From positions 151,962,001 through 152,026,000 of the forward strand of contig NC_042999.1 of the NCBI RefSeq assembly GCF_006345805.1: a stretch of 64,000 bases of DNA, read 5' to 3'. Shown here one piece after another: positions 48,867 through 60,302 of this stretch. Source of the stretch: Octopus sinensis. Taxonomy: Eukaryota. Below the pieces are notes generated by a model. The model was not told the origin of the DNA and did no database searches. It worked only from the letters and a program-made list of their open reading frames with translations. Both the position numbers and the translations under genes were made by a program. Each line of letters starts with the position of its first letter. Position 1 is the first letter of the stretch.

Positions 48867-49285
48867 ATTTATTGTGAGAGCCTCAGTTCAAATCACACGT
48901 GTCTTGAATGGGCTGGAGTATTTCTATTTTGGATGTATTTGAGGTACTTAATTGTGCCCATGACTTAGTGTTTTGCTTCTTCCATGGGTATGAGTAAGTA
49001 TTTCATTTATTTCTTTGCCACATTTATCACTGACGAAGGAAGGGTTCTTACCAACTAACCCTGAAATCGGTCCGATATGGTAATAATGGAATTTTTTAAG
49101 AAATTTCTGTCGGCTTTTTTTCGAGTAGCGTGCGTATTGTGAAAAATTATATGGTTATGGACAATTATGTCCAATTTTCGGCATATTTGGCATTAGAAAT
49201 TTTTTTGTTTGCCCTTATTTATAAGTTTGGTTTTTTCCGTTTCTACGTCTTATTGTGATGTCCTGTACTCCCGTATAATTATTTA
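48860..49285 (+). mobile_element. Penelope-like pLTR fragment
   Basis: Unique segment between (TA)n runs carrying an intact hammerhead; assignment inferred from the ribozyme. Confidence 0.5.
49024..49083 (+). ncRNA. Type I hammerhead ribozyme, intact core
   Basis: UUAUCA CUGACGA AGG..CCU GAAA UCGG U CCGAU A | UGGUAA; predicted AUA cleavage after 49077. Confidence 0.75.
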
Positions 49286-49362
49286 TATATGCATGTATAT
49301 ATACATGTAGATGTAGGTACGTACATATATGTTTGTATGTATGCATATATTTTTATTTATCT

Positions 49363-49414
<52 letters not shown>

Positions 49415-49420
<6 letters not shown>

Positions 49421-49690
49421 AGTGGCTGTGTGGTAATTAGCTTGCTTACTAGCCACATGGTTCCGGGTTCAGTCCAACTGTGTGGCACGTTGGGCAAGTG
49501 TCTTCTACTATAGCCGCTTGACAACCGATGGTGGTGCGTTTACGTCCCCATTATCTTAGCGGTTCGATAAAAAGTCCAATGGAATAAGTAATAGGCTTAC
49601 AAAGATTAAGTCCTGGGGGTCGATTTGCTCGACTAAAGGCGGTGCTCCAGCATGACCGCAGTCAAATAACCGAAACAAGTAAAAGGAGAT
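49415..49690 (+). mobile_element. SINE family A with internal deletion joining head to body
   Basis: CTACTATAGCC directly followed by GCTTGACAACCGATG. Confidence 0.88.
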
Positions 49691-49695
49691 ATACG

Positions 49696-49739
<44 letters not shown>

Positions 49740-49908
49740 GTGTGTTTGAAAGGGTTAATTGAAAGCGCTCACTAACTGAAAGAAAAAAAAAAACTTCTCA
49801 ATAAGGCAGGGTTAATAACATCATGGTAAAAAATTTCATAACATTTTTTTTTTTAATAATTTTTTTTAAAATCACCTTTTACACTTCAAAACTGTATTAA
49901 GAGTTAGA

Positions 49909-49940
<32 letters not shown>

Positions 49941-50400
49941 TAGATAGGCGGGGAGGTCGAGAGAGAGAGAAAGATGTGTTTTATTTATTTGCCTGTCAAC
50001 TACAATTTAATATGAAAGCATGTGACAAACTGAATGAGAGTTTGACAGACGAAAGAGCAGGCTTTGTTTTTTAGTCTAAGCTGTTCTGCAAAACATATTT
50101 CTAAAACTATAATAAATAAATAAATAAATAAATAAATAAATAGATAAAAAAATAAAAAAGCATTAAGTAAAAATTATAAATAACTTGAATAAAAGAGAAT
50201 TAATATTAAACAACACAAAATGGAATGCAACAAATATAACAGGGAAAAAATGTAATTTGAGAAGAAAAGAATAAAAAAAAACAAAGATGGAAATGATAAA
50301 CGTTTAATTCTTACTGTTTTGCTTTTACTAGTTTTCAGTTAGTGAACTGTGGCTATACTGGAGCTCCACTTCAACGGGTTTTACTAGATCACAAATGAAT

Positions 50401-50722
50401 GTGGTACTGGCTTAGTGGTTAGGGCATTCGGCTCATGATTGTAAGGTCGTGAGTTCAATTCCCGGCGACGCGTTGTGTCCTTGAGCAAGACGCTTTATTT
50501 TTCACGTTGCTTTCGTCCACTCAGCTGGCAAAAATGAGTTGTACCTGTATTTCAAAGGGCCAGCCTTGTCACACTTTGTGTTACGTTGAATCTCCCTAAG
50601 AACTACGTTAGGGGGTACGCGTGTCTGTGGATTGCTCGGTCACTTGCACGTTAATTTCATGAGCAGGCTGTTCCGTTGATCGTATCAGCTGGGACCCTCG
50701 TCGTCGTAACCGACGGAGTGCT
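50401..50722 (+). mobile_element. SINE family C
   Basis: TGGCTTAGTGG A-box, GAGTTCAATTCC B-box, tail GTAACCGACGGAGTGC. Confidence 0.92.
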
Positions 50723-50822
50723 CCTTTTTTTTAATGTCCATTTGTCGAACCGCCAAGTTACGGAACACTCAAAGACTCTGACATACGCTGCTACAGTGGT
50801 GTGTATATCGTCATTAAACTGG

Positions 50823-51140
50823 TATTCAGTCGGTTAGGACGACGAAGGTTGCTGTTGATCCGACCAATGGAACAGCCTGATAGTAAAATTAACATGCAAC
50901 AGGCTGAGCCCTCCACAGACACGCGTGTCCTTAACGTAATTCTCAGCGAGGTTCGGCGGGATTTAAAAAGTAAAAGCCGGCCCTTTGGAATTACAGCTAC
51001 AACTCATTTTTAGCAGCTGAAGGGACTGAAGCAACACGAAATGTAGTGTCACACTCAAGGACACAACGCGGCGCTGGAAATCGAACTCACAACCTTACGA
51101 TCATGAGCCGAATACCTTAACCATTTAGTCATGCGCCTTC
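50823..51140 (-). mobile_element. SINE family C
   Basis: Reverse complement of the family C consensus. Confidence 0.9.
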
Positions 51141-51447
51141 ACATCATCGACATATACATAGATACGAACACCGAGGTACACTCATATACATGCACGCACG
51201 CGCAGACACACTCGACAGGTTTCCAAACAGTTTCCGTCTAGCAGATTCCATTTGCATTGCTAGAGTAACAGATAGCAATTTTACGAATTTGCTTACCAGT
51301 GTATTCACAAGCGACGCGTTTCAAATGAATATAATACCAAGACAGCATATCTTATACAATGTAAATAAGTTTACATGCGTACATTTAATGAATATGTATA
51401 CACATCTATCTACATGTATGTACGTATTGCATACATTCATGCATATA

Positions 51448-52327
51448 CGTGGTCTGATCAATAAGAATCCGGATTGTTGCTATTGTAACGAAGCTAAAGA
51501 ACGCAGAGTGAAGTAGCTTGGCACAGGTTGACCTTGAACTATTCTGTGCATGCGCACTAAGTTTTAACGTTCTAGCTCACTTCCGCTGTTTACAGCAGTG
51601 CTTGGAAGGAAGGTGTGTAGCGTGTGATCGTCGCATTGACCATAACAGATAAAGTTGAGCAGAGAATCTGTATCAAATTTTGCCAAAAGCTTGGCGATAC
51701 CCGCTCAGAGGCCTACGCAAGGTTTTCAAAAAGTTTTCATTGTTCTCGACACAATCAAGGAGATCTTGTGCAACTGAAATCCGAATGTCTTTTTGGTCAG
51801 CTGAAAGCAGTTTTGGCACAAACTTGGTAGACACGCGTCTCATACCCAAATCTTCGGTGATAATGGACTAAGCTGAACCATAACTAATCTGCACATCCTC
51901 TGATAAATCACGGACGGTGATTCGACGTTTTCCCCTCACAGCTGCACGCAAATCTGCGATGTTTTTCTCAGTTCTGCTGGTTGCGGGTCTCCCGAAACGT
52001 TTGTCGATATCGACATTTTTTCGGCCATCTTGGAAACATCTGAACCACTCGTACTCTTGTGTGTGACTCATACACTCCTCTCCATACACTTTCTGCAACT
52101 TTGCATAGGCCTCTGAGTAGGTATCGCTATGACAACTTTCTCTGTCATGGTCAATGCGACGATCACACCCTACACGCGTTCCTTCCAAGCACTGCCGTAA
52201 ATAGCAGAAGTGAGCTAGAACATTAAAACTTAGGAAGCATGTACAGCAAAGTCCAAGCGACTTCACTCTGCGTGCTTTAGCTTCGTTACTATGGCAACAA
52301 TCCAGTTACTTATTGATCAGACCTCGT
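51448..52327. mobile_element. mariner derivative built from two left ends in inverted orientation
   Basis: 33-bp TIRs (29/33). Plus arm encodes (I)TDKVEQRICIKFCQKLGDTRSEAYA; minus arm encodes DTYSEAYAKLQKVYGEECMS..KFVPKLLSADQK..NNENFLKT. Confidence 0.92.
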
Positions 52328-52330
52328 GTA

Positions 52331-52364
<34 letters not shown>

Positions 52365-53599
52365 AGGAGAATATATGGAAGAATAATATTTATCAAGATT
52401 AATTCCTACACCTTATACTTGGGTAAGTCAATCTCTTTATCTTTCAATCACTTCATTTTTTAGCTCTGCGCAACATTTCATTTTTGTAAAACTAATCCTT
52501 TCTCGGTGTATCAGAGAATCACTGGATTTCAATACTTTATCATCATACCAGGAATAATTACTCCACCCTACGGGTGCTTGTGTGTGTGTGTGTGTCTGTG
52601 TGTGTGTGTGTACAGAAGCATCGACGCCAAGCAGTGATTAAGAATAAACGAGCTTTGGGGTAGTTAAAATATGTTTATGACATATTTTAACTTTCAGGGG
52701 TAAATTTACATGAAGAAAAAAATTCTCTTAGATGGTAAAAGATATATAATAAAAAAAAAACGAAAACATCAGTGCTTCCCTCTAACGGATTCTCAGATGC
52801 GCGTTTCTGGCTCTTTAACCCTCCCCAGTTAGAAGTACCGAAGAGATAACCCTGGGTAGATTCAAAAACGTGTATTTGCAAGCTGATTTAATTTCTGCCA
52901 ACACTGATTTCAAGTATGTAATTGCAGTCAATAATTCAGACTCCTTTTATTGAGCCTGGTCGCAGTTAATTCATTTTCGTTCAGCGCCTGGCGGTGTCTT
53001 AGAAGTGCCCTGTGTCAAATATTATTCGTAGCAGACGTTCTCTCGACATCGTTCACACGCGCCTGATTCGTAAAAGTTAAAAGTAATTCAAATTCAATGT
53101 TTTCTTGAAACAATCAATTTTTATACAGATTAGGATTTAAATTCCAATCTCTGAAAAGTTTATGTTCTACAATATTCTTAAAGGAACGAAAAATGATCCG
53201 GCAACTCGGGCTAATACAAACGAACTTAGTAAGTGTAAAAGACTAACTGGTATCTCTTGTCAAGAGTACAGTCGACAGTCCGATTGCTAATGTTTGTTGT
53301 GCACTCTGTCGTTATTTGACTGCTGTCATTCTGCGCGTCTGTGTGCAAAGATCAGTTGCGTTTTGCAAGGTTGCTTTATTTTAACCCTTAAATTAGAAAT
53401 GGAGAAAGACACAGTGCTAGTGCTAGATATAAAAAATAATAAGCCATTTGGGGCTAGAAATAAAGCGGAAAAGCGTGAAATTCTTCGAGTAGGCATGTGT
53501 CTTATGTGAAATCTATGATGAGCCCGAGTGACGCTGATGACCTGGAGTCGCCTCTGGTCTAAATCAAAAGTTATTTTTCTTCATGTTTCTTTTTTGGGT

Positions 53600-53800
53600 G
53601 GCAAGCTGACAGCTTGTTTAGAACGTCGGAATAATTACCGTAAGGCATTTATTCCGGTTCTATATATACCGAGTTCAAATCCCAACGTCAGTTTTGCCTT
53701 TCGTTCCTCCGGGGGTCGATAAAATAAAGAACCAGTCGAGTTCAATGGTATCGGCTAATCTCCTCCCCTCAAAACTTATCTTGTGCTTAAATTAGAAACA
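53600..53800 (+). mobile_element. SINE family B, diverged
   Basis: GGCAAGCTGACAG head; GAGTTCAAATCCC; GGGGGTCGATAAAAT. Confidence 0.75.
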
Positions 53801-54899
53801 CTGTTGATTCCACAACTCTGCTATTTCTAATTAATTCACGTTAATAACAATATTTTCTGAATATCATAACTTCTCTTACTAATTGGAGAGCATAAATGAG
53901 AATGGAGGTGAATGGGTGGGTTGTTTTATCGTAACATTGCTTTTGAAGGTATTTGAACATTTGGCCAATTTTAACGAAAGAAATTAAATTCTTTTTTTTT
54001 TTTTCTCCCCATTGTCCACTTCGTGAAGAGATCAAAACACGAAAATAAAAGGAAATACCCTCGATATTATGACTATAATGAAATATCTGTGACATTTCAT
54101 TATGAAGAAGAAAACTGATATAACGATATCTCGGTGCGTTCAAATTGAACAAGACGGGTTTATAGAGAACACAGACACACACACGCACACTCACACACAC
54201 TGCAGTGATAAAATTTAATCTATTTTTATTGATCTAGCTGTCGACTATTCTCGCTAATCGATACTAGCATCCAAAGTGAATGGCTTTTACAAATTACAAT
54301 GGTATTTTGATTCAGAAATAGGTATAATAAGACTGTCTGCTGGATTAGTGAACCATGATTGCGCAAGCCTGTAATCAAAGAAGCGTTCAAGCCGCGATCA
54401 TCTTGTTTTCGTTTAAAGTATAATGTATCTAGGGCTGCATTATCCTGCTTCCTTCCTTTTTAAGACGGTTGAATGTAATTTCAGGGAGATTTCTGACAGA
54501 TCGAGTGACGACGTAGAGTCTCGCTCTTACTTCCTCTGCTGTTGTTGTAGTTCTTCTTACCGATACTGTTCCTGTTGTTGCTGTCTTCTTCTTCTTCTTC
54601 TTCTTCTTCTTCTTCTTCTTCTTCTTCTTCCAATCAGAACCCACGCCATTAGCCACAAAGAATAATCTCTAATTCGAGCCTACTCTAAGCTACTAAAAAT
54701 GCGTGTGGCAACTTGAAGATCCACCTACCACACGCGATAGACTGGCGGTTGCACGGGCGCGAAAGCTACGTTGTTATCCTCATTCCGTAAACGGTGGCTT
54801 TTAACGGGTGGAGAGCTGAACCATCCTGGGGTACAGAGGATTCGCAATCTAGACTAGGGTCTGAAAGTTTACCATACCATACTGGGTTACCATAGTTCC

Positions 54900-55107
54900 T
54901 CTGCTTTGTGGCAGAAATGGGATGAAAGAGTGAGAGAAAGTTGTGGTAAAAAAAGTACAGCGGGATTCACCACCACCCCGCGCCGGAGCGTCGTGGAGCT
55001 TAGGTGTTTTTGCTCAATAAACACTCACAATGCCCGGTCTGGGAATCGAAACCGCGTTCTTACGACCGCGAGTCCGCTGCCCTAACCACTGGGCCATTGC
55101 GCCTCCA
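54900..55107 (-). mobile_element. SINE family C 5' part (same subfamily as 7282)
   Basis: Reverse complement of GGAGGCGCAATGGCCCAGTGGTTAGGGCAGCGGACTCGCGGTC. Confidence 0.92.
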
Positions 55108-55235
55108 CCTGTTGTTGTTGTTTCGCGCTAGCTCAGCTATGATCAAGCAGGCTTGTAATCAGAAGTGTTTCAGCCTTGATCAATCATAGTGTCATTTCTT
55201 CAGACATGGTGAATCTAGGGCTACATTATCTAAAG

Positions 55236-55753
55236 TTGTCTTTCTCAACTGGGGTCCATATAGGATTTTTTTGATAAAATTTCTGTACAATTGCTAATAT
55301 TTCTGCAATACACCAATACACCAAATATTCCAACAATTATATATACAGTAATCCTTCGCCATATCGCGGTTCACCTATCGCGCACTTAGTACATCGCGGA
55401 TTTTTCTGGCTAATATATGTAAATTTATATCGCGGACTCCTCAGTAAATCGCGGGTTTCTGCGGCCGATTGTTACTCTTTACTCTTTTACTCTTTTACTT
55501 GTCTGTCATTTGACTGTGGCCAAGCTGGAGCACCACCTAATAATATCAGTCATCGTCCCTATCGATATTTTTTTTAGATTTTAATTATTTTTGTGGGAGG
55601 TTTTGGAACGTAATATCCGCGATAGTCGAGGGATTACTGCATATACAATTCCTAATATTATTCAATTCTTTTAAATATCGAGTGGCTATGAGGGTCCACC
55701 CGAGTAAAATAGGGATCAAAGGGTCCATAGGTAAAAATGGTTGAGAACCATTG
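55236..55753. mobile_element. hAT (Charlie-type) MITE, same family as 9384-10058, opposite orientation
   Basis: Perfect 8-bp TSD ATCTAAAG (55228-35, 55754-61); end GGTTGAGAACCATTG. Confidence 0.87.
55346..55639. mobile_element. Tigger-like MITE nested in hAT MITE, itself holding a SINE A tail
   Basis: TIRs CAGTAATCCTTCGCCATATCGCGG / CCGCGATAGTCGAGGGATTACTG; SINE A piece at about 55470-55540. Confidence 0.85.
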
Positions 55754-56204
55754 ATCTAAAGCGTTATTCCCCCACTTTTTTTTTTTATGAGAAAAAGAAG
55801 TTTGACTGCTATTTCGCGTATGTCAAGCAACCTCGTAAAGTAGGGATTTTCGAAGTGGTCGATTATAAACTCTTAGTAGTTGATGAAACGGGGACGAAAA
55901 AATCTCGATGTGTGGATACCATTCTAGGGAGTATCAGACAGTCTCCAGAGTCACGATCGAAGAAGTTTAAAATCTAAATAATTTTTCGCATGTAAAATAA
56001 AAGGGAAGTCCTTAGAGGTAGACGGGGCCACCTTTGCAGAATTATAGCCTGCTCCCGTCGGGTAAATAAGTATAGTTGATCCTAAAGTATTTACTCACTG
56101 ACAGTAAATCGCAGCACACATAGATCATAACTGGGTCTCTAGACTCGTGGTGTCCTTGAGCCCATGCCTTCAGACGCCACTGGGAAGCCACGGGCGAGAT
56201 AACT

Positions 56205-56507
56205 GGCACTTCGTCTGTTACGACGACGAGTGTTCTAGCTGATTTGATCAATGGAACAGCCTGCTTTTGAAAGGAACGTGCAAGTGGGCTGAGTACTCCA
56301 CAGGCACACGTACCCTTAACGGAGATTCATCATGACACAGAATGTGACAAGGTTCACCCTTTCAATTACGTATACAGCTCGTTTTTGCCAGCTGAGTGGA
56401 CTGGAGCAACGTGAAATAAAAAAAAATATGCTCAAAGACACAATGCACCGTCGGGAATCGAACTCATGTCCTTACGATCGTGAGCTGAATACCCTAACCA
56501 CTAAGCC
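56205..56507 (-). mobile_element. SINE family C
   Basis: Reverse complement from the tail GCACTTCGTCTGTTACGACGACGAG to the head CCACTAAGCCA. Confidence 0.88.
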
Positions 56508-56712
56508 AAACAGAAAAAATATTCATTCCTTCGGTTGCTCTTGCTTGGGGATCCAGTCAGGTCATTTGCTGCCAGTGGCTTGTGATAGGACCCTGTGGAA
56601 AGCGCGTCTGAGAACTCTACCCCCACCCTGCCCCACCCCACCAAAGCGCGCGCGCGCACACACTCACACACAAATACACACACATGACCCCCACAAGGCT
56701 AAGTGGATGATG

Positions 56713-56724
56713 AAGATGGCGGCG
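56713..56724 (+). promoter_or_regulatory. YY1-type motif AAGATGGCGGCG overlapping a possible start codon
   Basis: Matches the YY1/Pho-type AAGATGGCGGC consensus; lies in CpG-rich unique sequence. Confidence 0.3.
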
Positions 56725-56772
56725 ATAGATAGATGGATGATCAAGTCTCTAATCTGTAAATCACATACGAAC
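56716..56772 (+). CDS. Candidate first coding exon of a second gene
   Basis: aagATGG context; MAAIDRWMIKSLICKSHTN then AAC|gtaagg donor (phase 0). Confidence 0.33.
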
Positions 56773-57134
56773 GTAAGGTTCGTTGCAATAATTATTCAAA
56801 TGCAAAGAATTTATTCAAAATACTCTATAATTTTGTTTGAAAAGATAACTTTATAATTTATATACTTAATATTAAAAAAGTCAGTAACTAAAGTCATTTT
56901 ATTCTCTCTCTCTTTCTCTCCCTCTCTCTTCTCTTCTCTTTCTCCCCCCTTTTTTTTTATCTCTTATAGCTGTATACCACTCTTTGACTGAGGTCTTTGA
57001 AGTAGCGCTTTTGGTTTCGAAACGAAAGGTTACAACTAACATATTCGTGACAGGAAAGATACATAGTTATTTAATCTGTTTTCCTCTCTTTTGTAAACTC
57101 TTTCTCTCTCTCTCTCTCTCCTTTTTTTTTCTCA

Positions 57135-57179
57135 CGCACAAGCATACACACACATATGTATATATGCAAACATAACTTG

Positions 57180-57230
<51 letters not shown>

Positions 57231-57293
57231 CGCATGTGTGCGACGCGTATACATACATGTATGTAAATGTATTAACACACATGCATTCATATA

Positions 57294-57334
<41 letters not shown>

Positions 57335-57335
57335 T

Positions 57336-57371
<36 letters not shown>

Positions 57372-57688
57372 GTTAGCTAGATAGGTAGATGGATATATGG
57401 ATATAGATATAATATATATATATAATATATATATTATATATATATATATATATAGATATATATATATATATATTATATATATATTATATATATATATATA
57501 TATATTGATAGATAGAGAGTTAGATAGATTGATATAGATATATATATACATATTATATATATACATATATACATACATACATACATATATATATATAATA
57601 TACATACATACATATACATACATATACATACATATATATACATACATACATATATACATACATACATACATATATACATACTATATAT

Positions 57689-57721
<33 letters not shown>

Positions 57722-57980
57722 CATACATACATACATATATATATATACATACATAATATACATACATACATATATATATACATACTATATATATACATAC
57801 ATATATATATATACATACATATATATATATACATACATATAATATATACATACATATATATATACATACATATATATATATATACATACATATATAATAT
57901 ACATACATATATATATATACATACATATATATACATATATATATATATATATACATACATATATATATATATATACATAC

Positions 57981-58013
<33 letters not shown>

Positions 58014-58128
58014 ATATATACATACATACATATATATACATAATATATATATATATATACATATATAATATATAATATATATATATATATATATACATAA
58101 TATATATATATACATACATATATATATT

Positions 58129-58165
<37 letters not shown>

Positions 58166-58201
58166 CATACATACATATATATACATATATAATATATATA
58201 C

Positions 58202-58256
<55 letters not shown>

Positions 58257-58400
58257 TATTATATATATATATACATATATACATACATACAAACGCACAT
58301 ACTTATAAATACATACGCACGCTCTCTATCTCACACACACATACACACACACCACACACAACGTGTGCGTGGATACACATGCGAACACCCACACGTAGAG
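57135..58400. repeat. ~1.2-kb compound (TA)n/(CATA)n low-complexity block
   Basis: Direct inspection; source of all ORFs 57067-58298. Confidence 0.96.
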
Positions 58401-58855
58401 TGTCGACAATTCTTTTAAGAGTCTAACTTATAGATTGTCAACGTCTTTCTGCGAGGTGTTCTTTCAAATCACAATTGCATCGATATTTGCCAGATTTTAT
58501 TCGATTAAACTGGTAAAGAAAGAAAGAAAAGGCAAAAGATCGAAAGCAAATATAAAACCGTGAATGGTCAGAACGTGATAACGGCGTTGGTTAGTTAAGA
58601 GAATGAATATGCGTATGTATATAAACTGTATTTGTCGGCGTATTAGACGTGCTTCTTTTAAGTGTACCAAAAAGTCACCCTCCGCGTAATGCGGTTGTAT
58701 TACGGATGGGAAACCGAGTTTTGTGAGTTAGGAAGCCAGATAAGCATAAGTCCAATGGGTACAATAATTATTACTAATAATAAAACAGAAAATAAATTAA
58801 AATATCACAACCTGTTACCGCAAACTTACAAAATATAGCTTTTGGTACGTCGGCA

Positions 58856-59699
58856 GGATCTTTTCCTTTTGAACGGCAGTTTTCAACACAATTTCTAGTT
58901 AACTAAACACTTTTAAACTTCGTATACTGGTAGAATGTGTTTATAAAACATCATTTTTTCTTGGCTTTATTGAGAAAATTCTATATGTTGTAAGATATTT
59001 CGACTTTAATTTCGAGCATTTCGGCAATTTTAACCAATCGCTGACCTCCATTGACGTAAACAACATTCTGTGCTGTATGAATATGTCCCTCGTTTAAGAA
59101 ACAGATTGGGTTTATTTACATTTGCGAAGAAAAAAAGATACCCTTCCCCCACCCCTAACCCTAACCATAACCATAACTCTAAACCTAACCCTAAAATAGA
59201 TTGAAATGCAATAGATCGATACTAGGGTTATAATTATGGGTGACAATTTCATTTGATACCGCTAGAAAAAAATCCCATTTTCCGTAGCGGTGTCGTATGA
59301 AATTGTCACCCATAATTATAACCCTAGTATCGATCTATTGCATTTCAATCTATTTTAGGATTAGGTTTAGAGTTATGGTTAGGGGTAGGGTTCGGATTAG
59401 GGGTGGGGGAAGGGTATCTTTTTTTCTTCACAAATGTAAATAAACCCAATCTGTTTCTTAAACGAGGGACATATTCATACAGCACGGAATGTTTTCACCC
59501 CAAATGGAGGTCAGCGATTGGTTAAAATTGCCGAAATGCTCGAAATTAAAGTCGAAATATCTTACAACATATAGAATTTTCTCAATAAAGCCAAGAAAAA
59601 ATGATGTTTTATGAACACATTCTACCAGTATACGAAGTTTAAAAGTGTTTAGTTAACTAGAAATTGTGTTGAAAACTGCCGTTCAAAAGAAAAAGATCC
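58856..59699. mobile_element. 844-bp near-perfect palindrome (foldback MITE) with telomere-like repeats
   Basis: Arms of about 410 bp around a 20-nt loop (59265-59284); CCCTAA variants at about 59151-59195 and TTAGGG variants at about 59357-59402. Confidence 0.9.
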
Positions 59700-59836
59700 C
59701 GTCGGCAATTATGTAGAAGTCACATCATCTCAGTATACCGCCTTTTCTGTTTACAGAGTTCTCACCTGAAAGATAGTTTACATTATTTAATGATTGACTG
59801 TATTACCTTTACAAAACATTTGCTTATTATCTAAAT

Positions 59837-60302
59837 CAGTGCTTCTAAAATTGTGGGTTGTGACCCCAAATGGGGTCGTGAAAATTAAATTCAAACACTT
59901 GAATTTTAGTTTATGTTCTGTTGTGTCTGGGGAGAGTCATTTTCTTTTTGTACCTTATAATGTAAATTATGTTAAAAACTGCCGTTCAAACCGAAAAGAT
60001 CCAATGTCTCTCACCAGACACAACAGAATATGCTTCAACACACGAACTCATATAAAGAATCTTGCAAACCAAATCCAAAAACGAAATATTCAGTTTATGT
60101 GTTATTTCACAAATCCTAAAACTACTTTTATATTGACAAATAATATAATTATCTTTTTTTTATATACATATATTGTTCATCAAAAAAGATAAATGATTTA
60201 TGTATTTATTTGTATGTTTTATTTCATATTTAATACCTGGGGTCGCGAAAAATCTCGTGACGAAAAATGGGGTTATGAATGAAAAATGTTTAAGAAGCGC
60301 TG
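59837..60302. mobile_element. hAT MITE
   Basis: TIRs CAGTGCTTCTAAA / TTTAAGAAGCGCTG; 8-bp TSD ATCTAAAT/ATCTGAAT. Confidence 0.85.

Noticed and set aside
59151-59402. True telomere or chromosome fusion site
   Set aside because: The repeats are short, degenerate and embedded symmetrically in a palindromic element.
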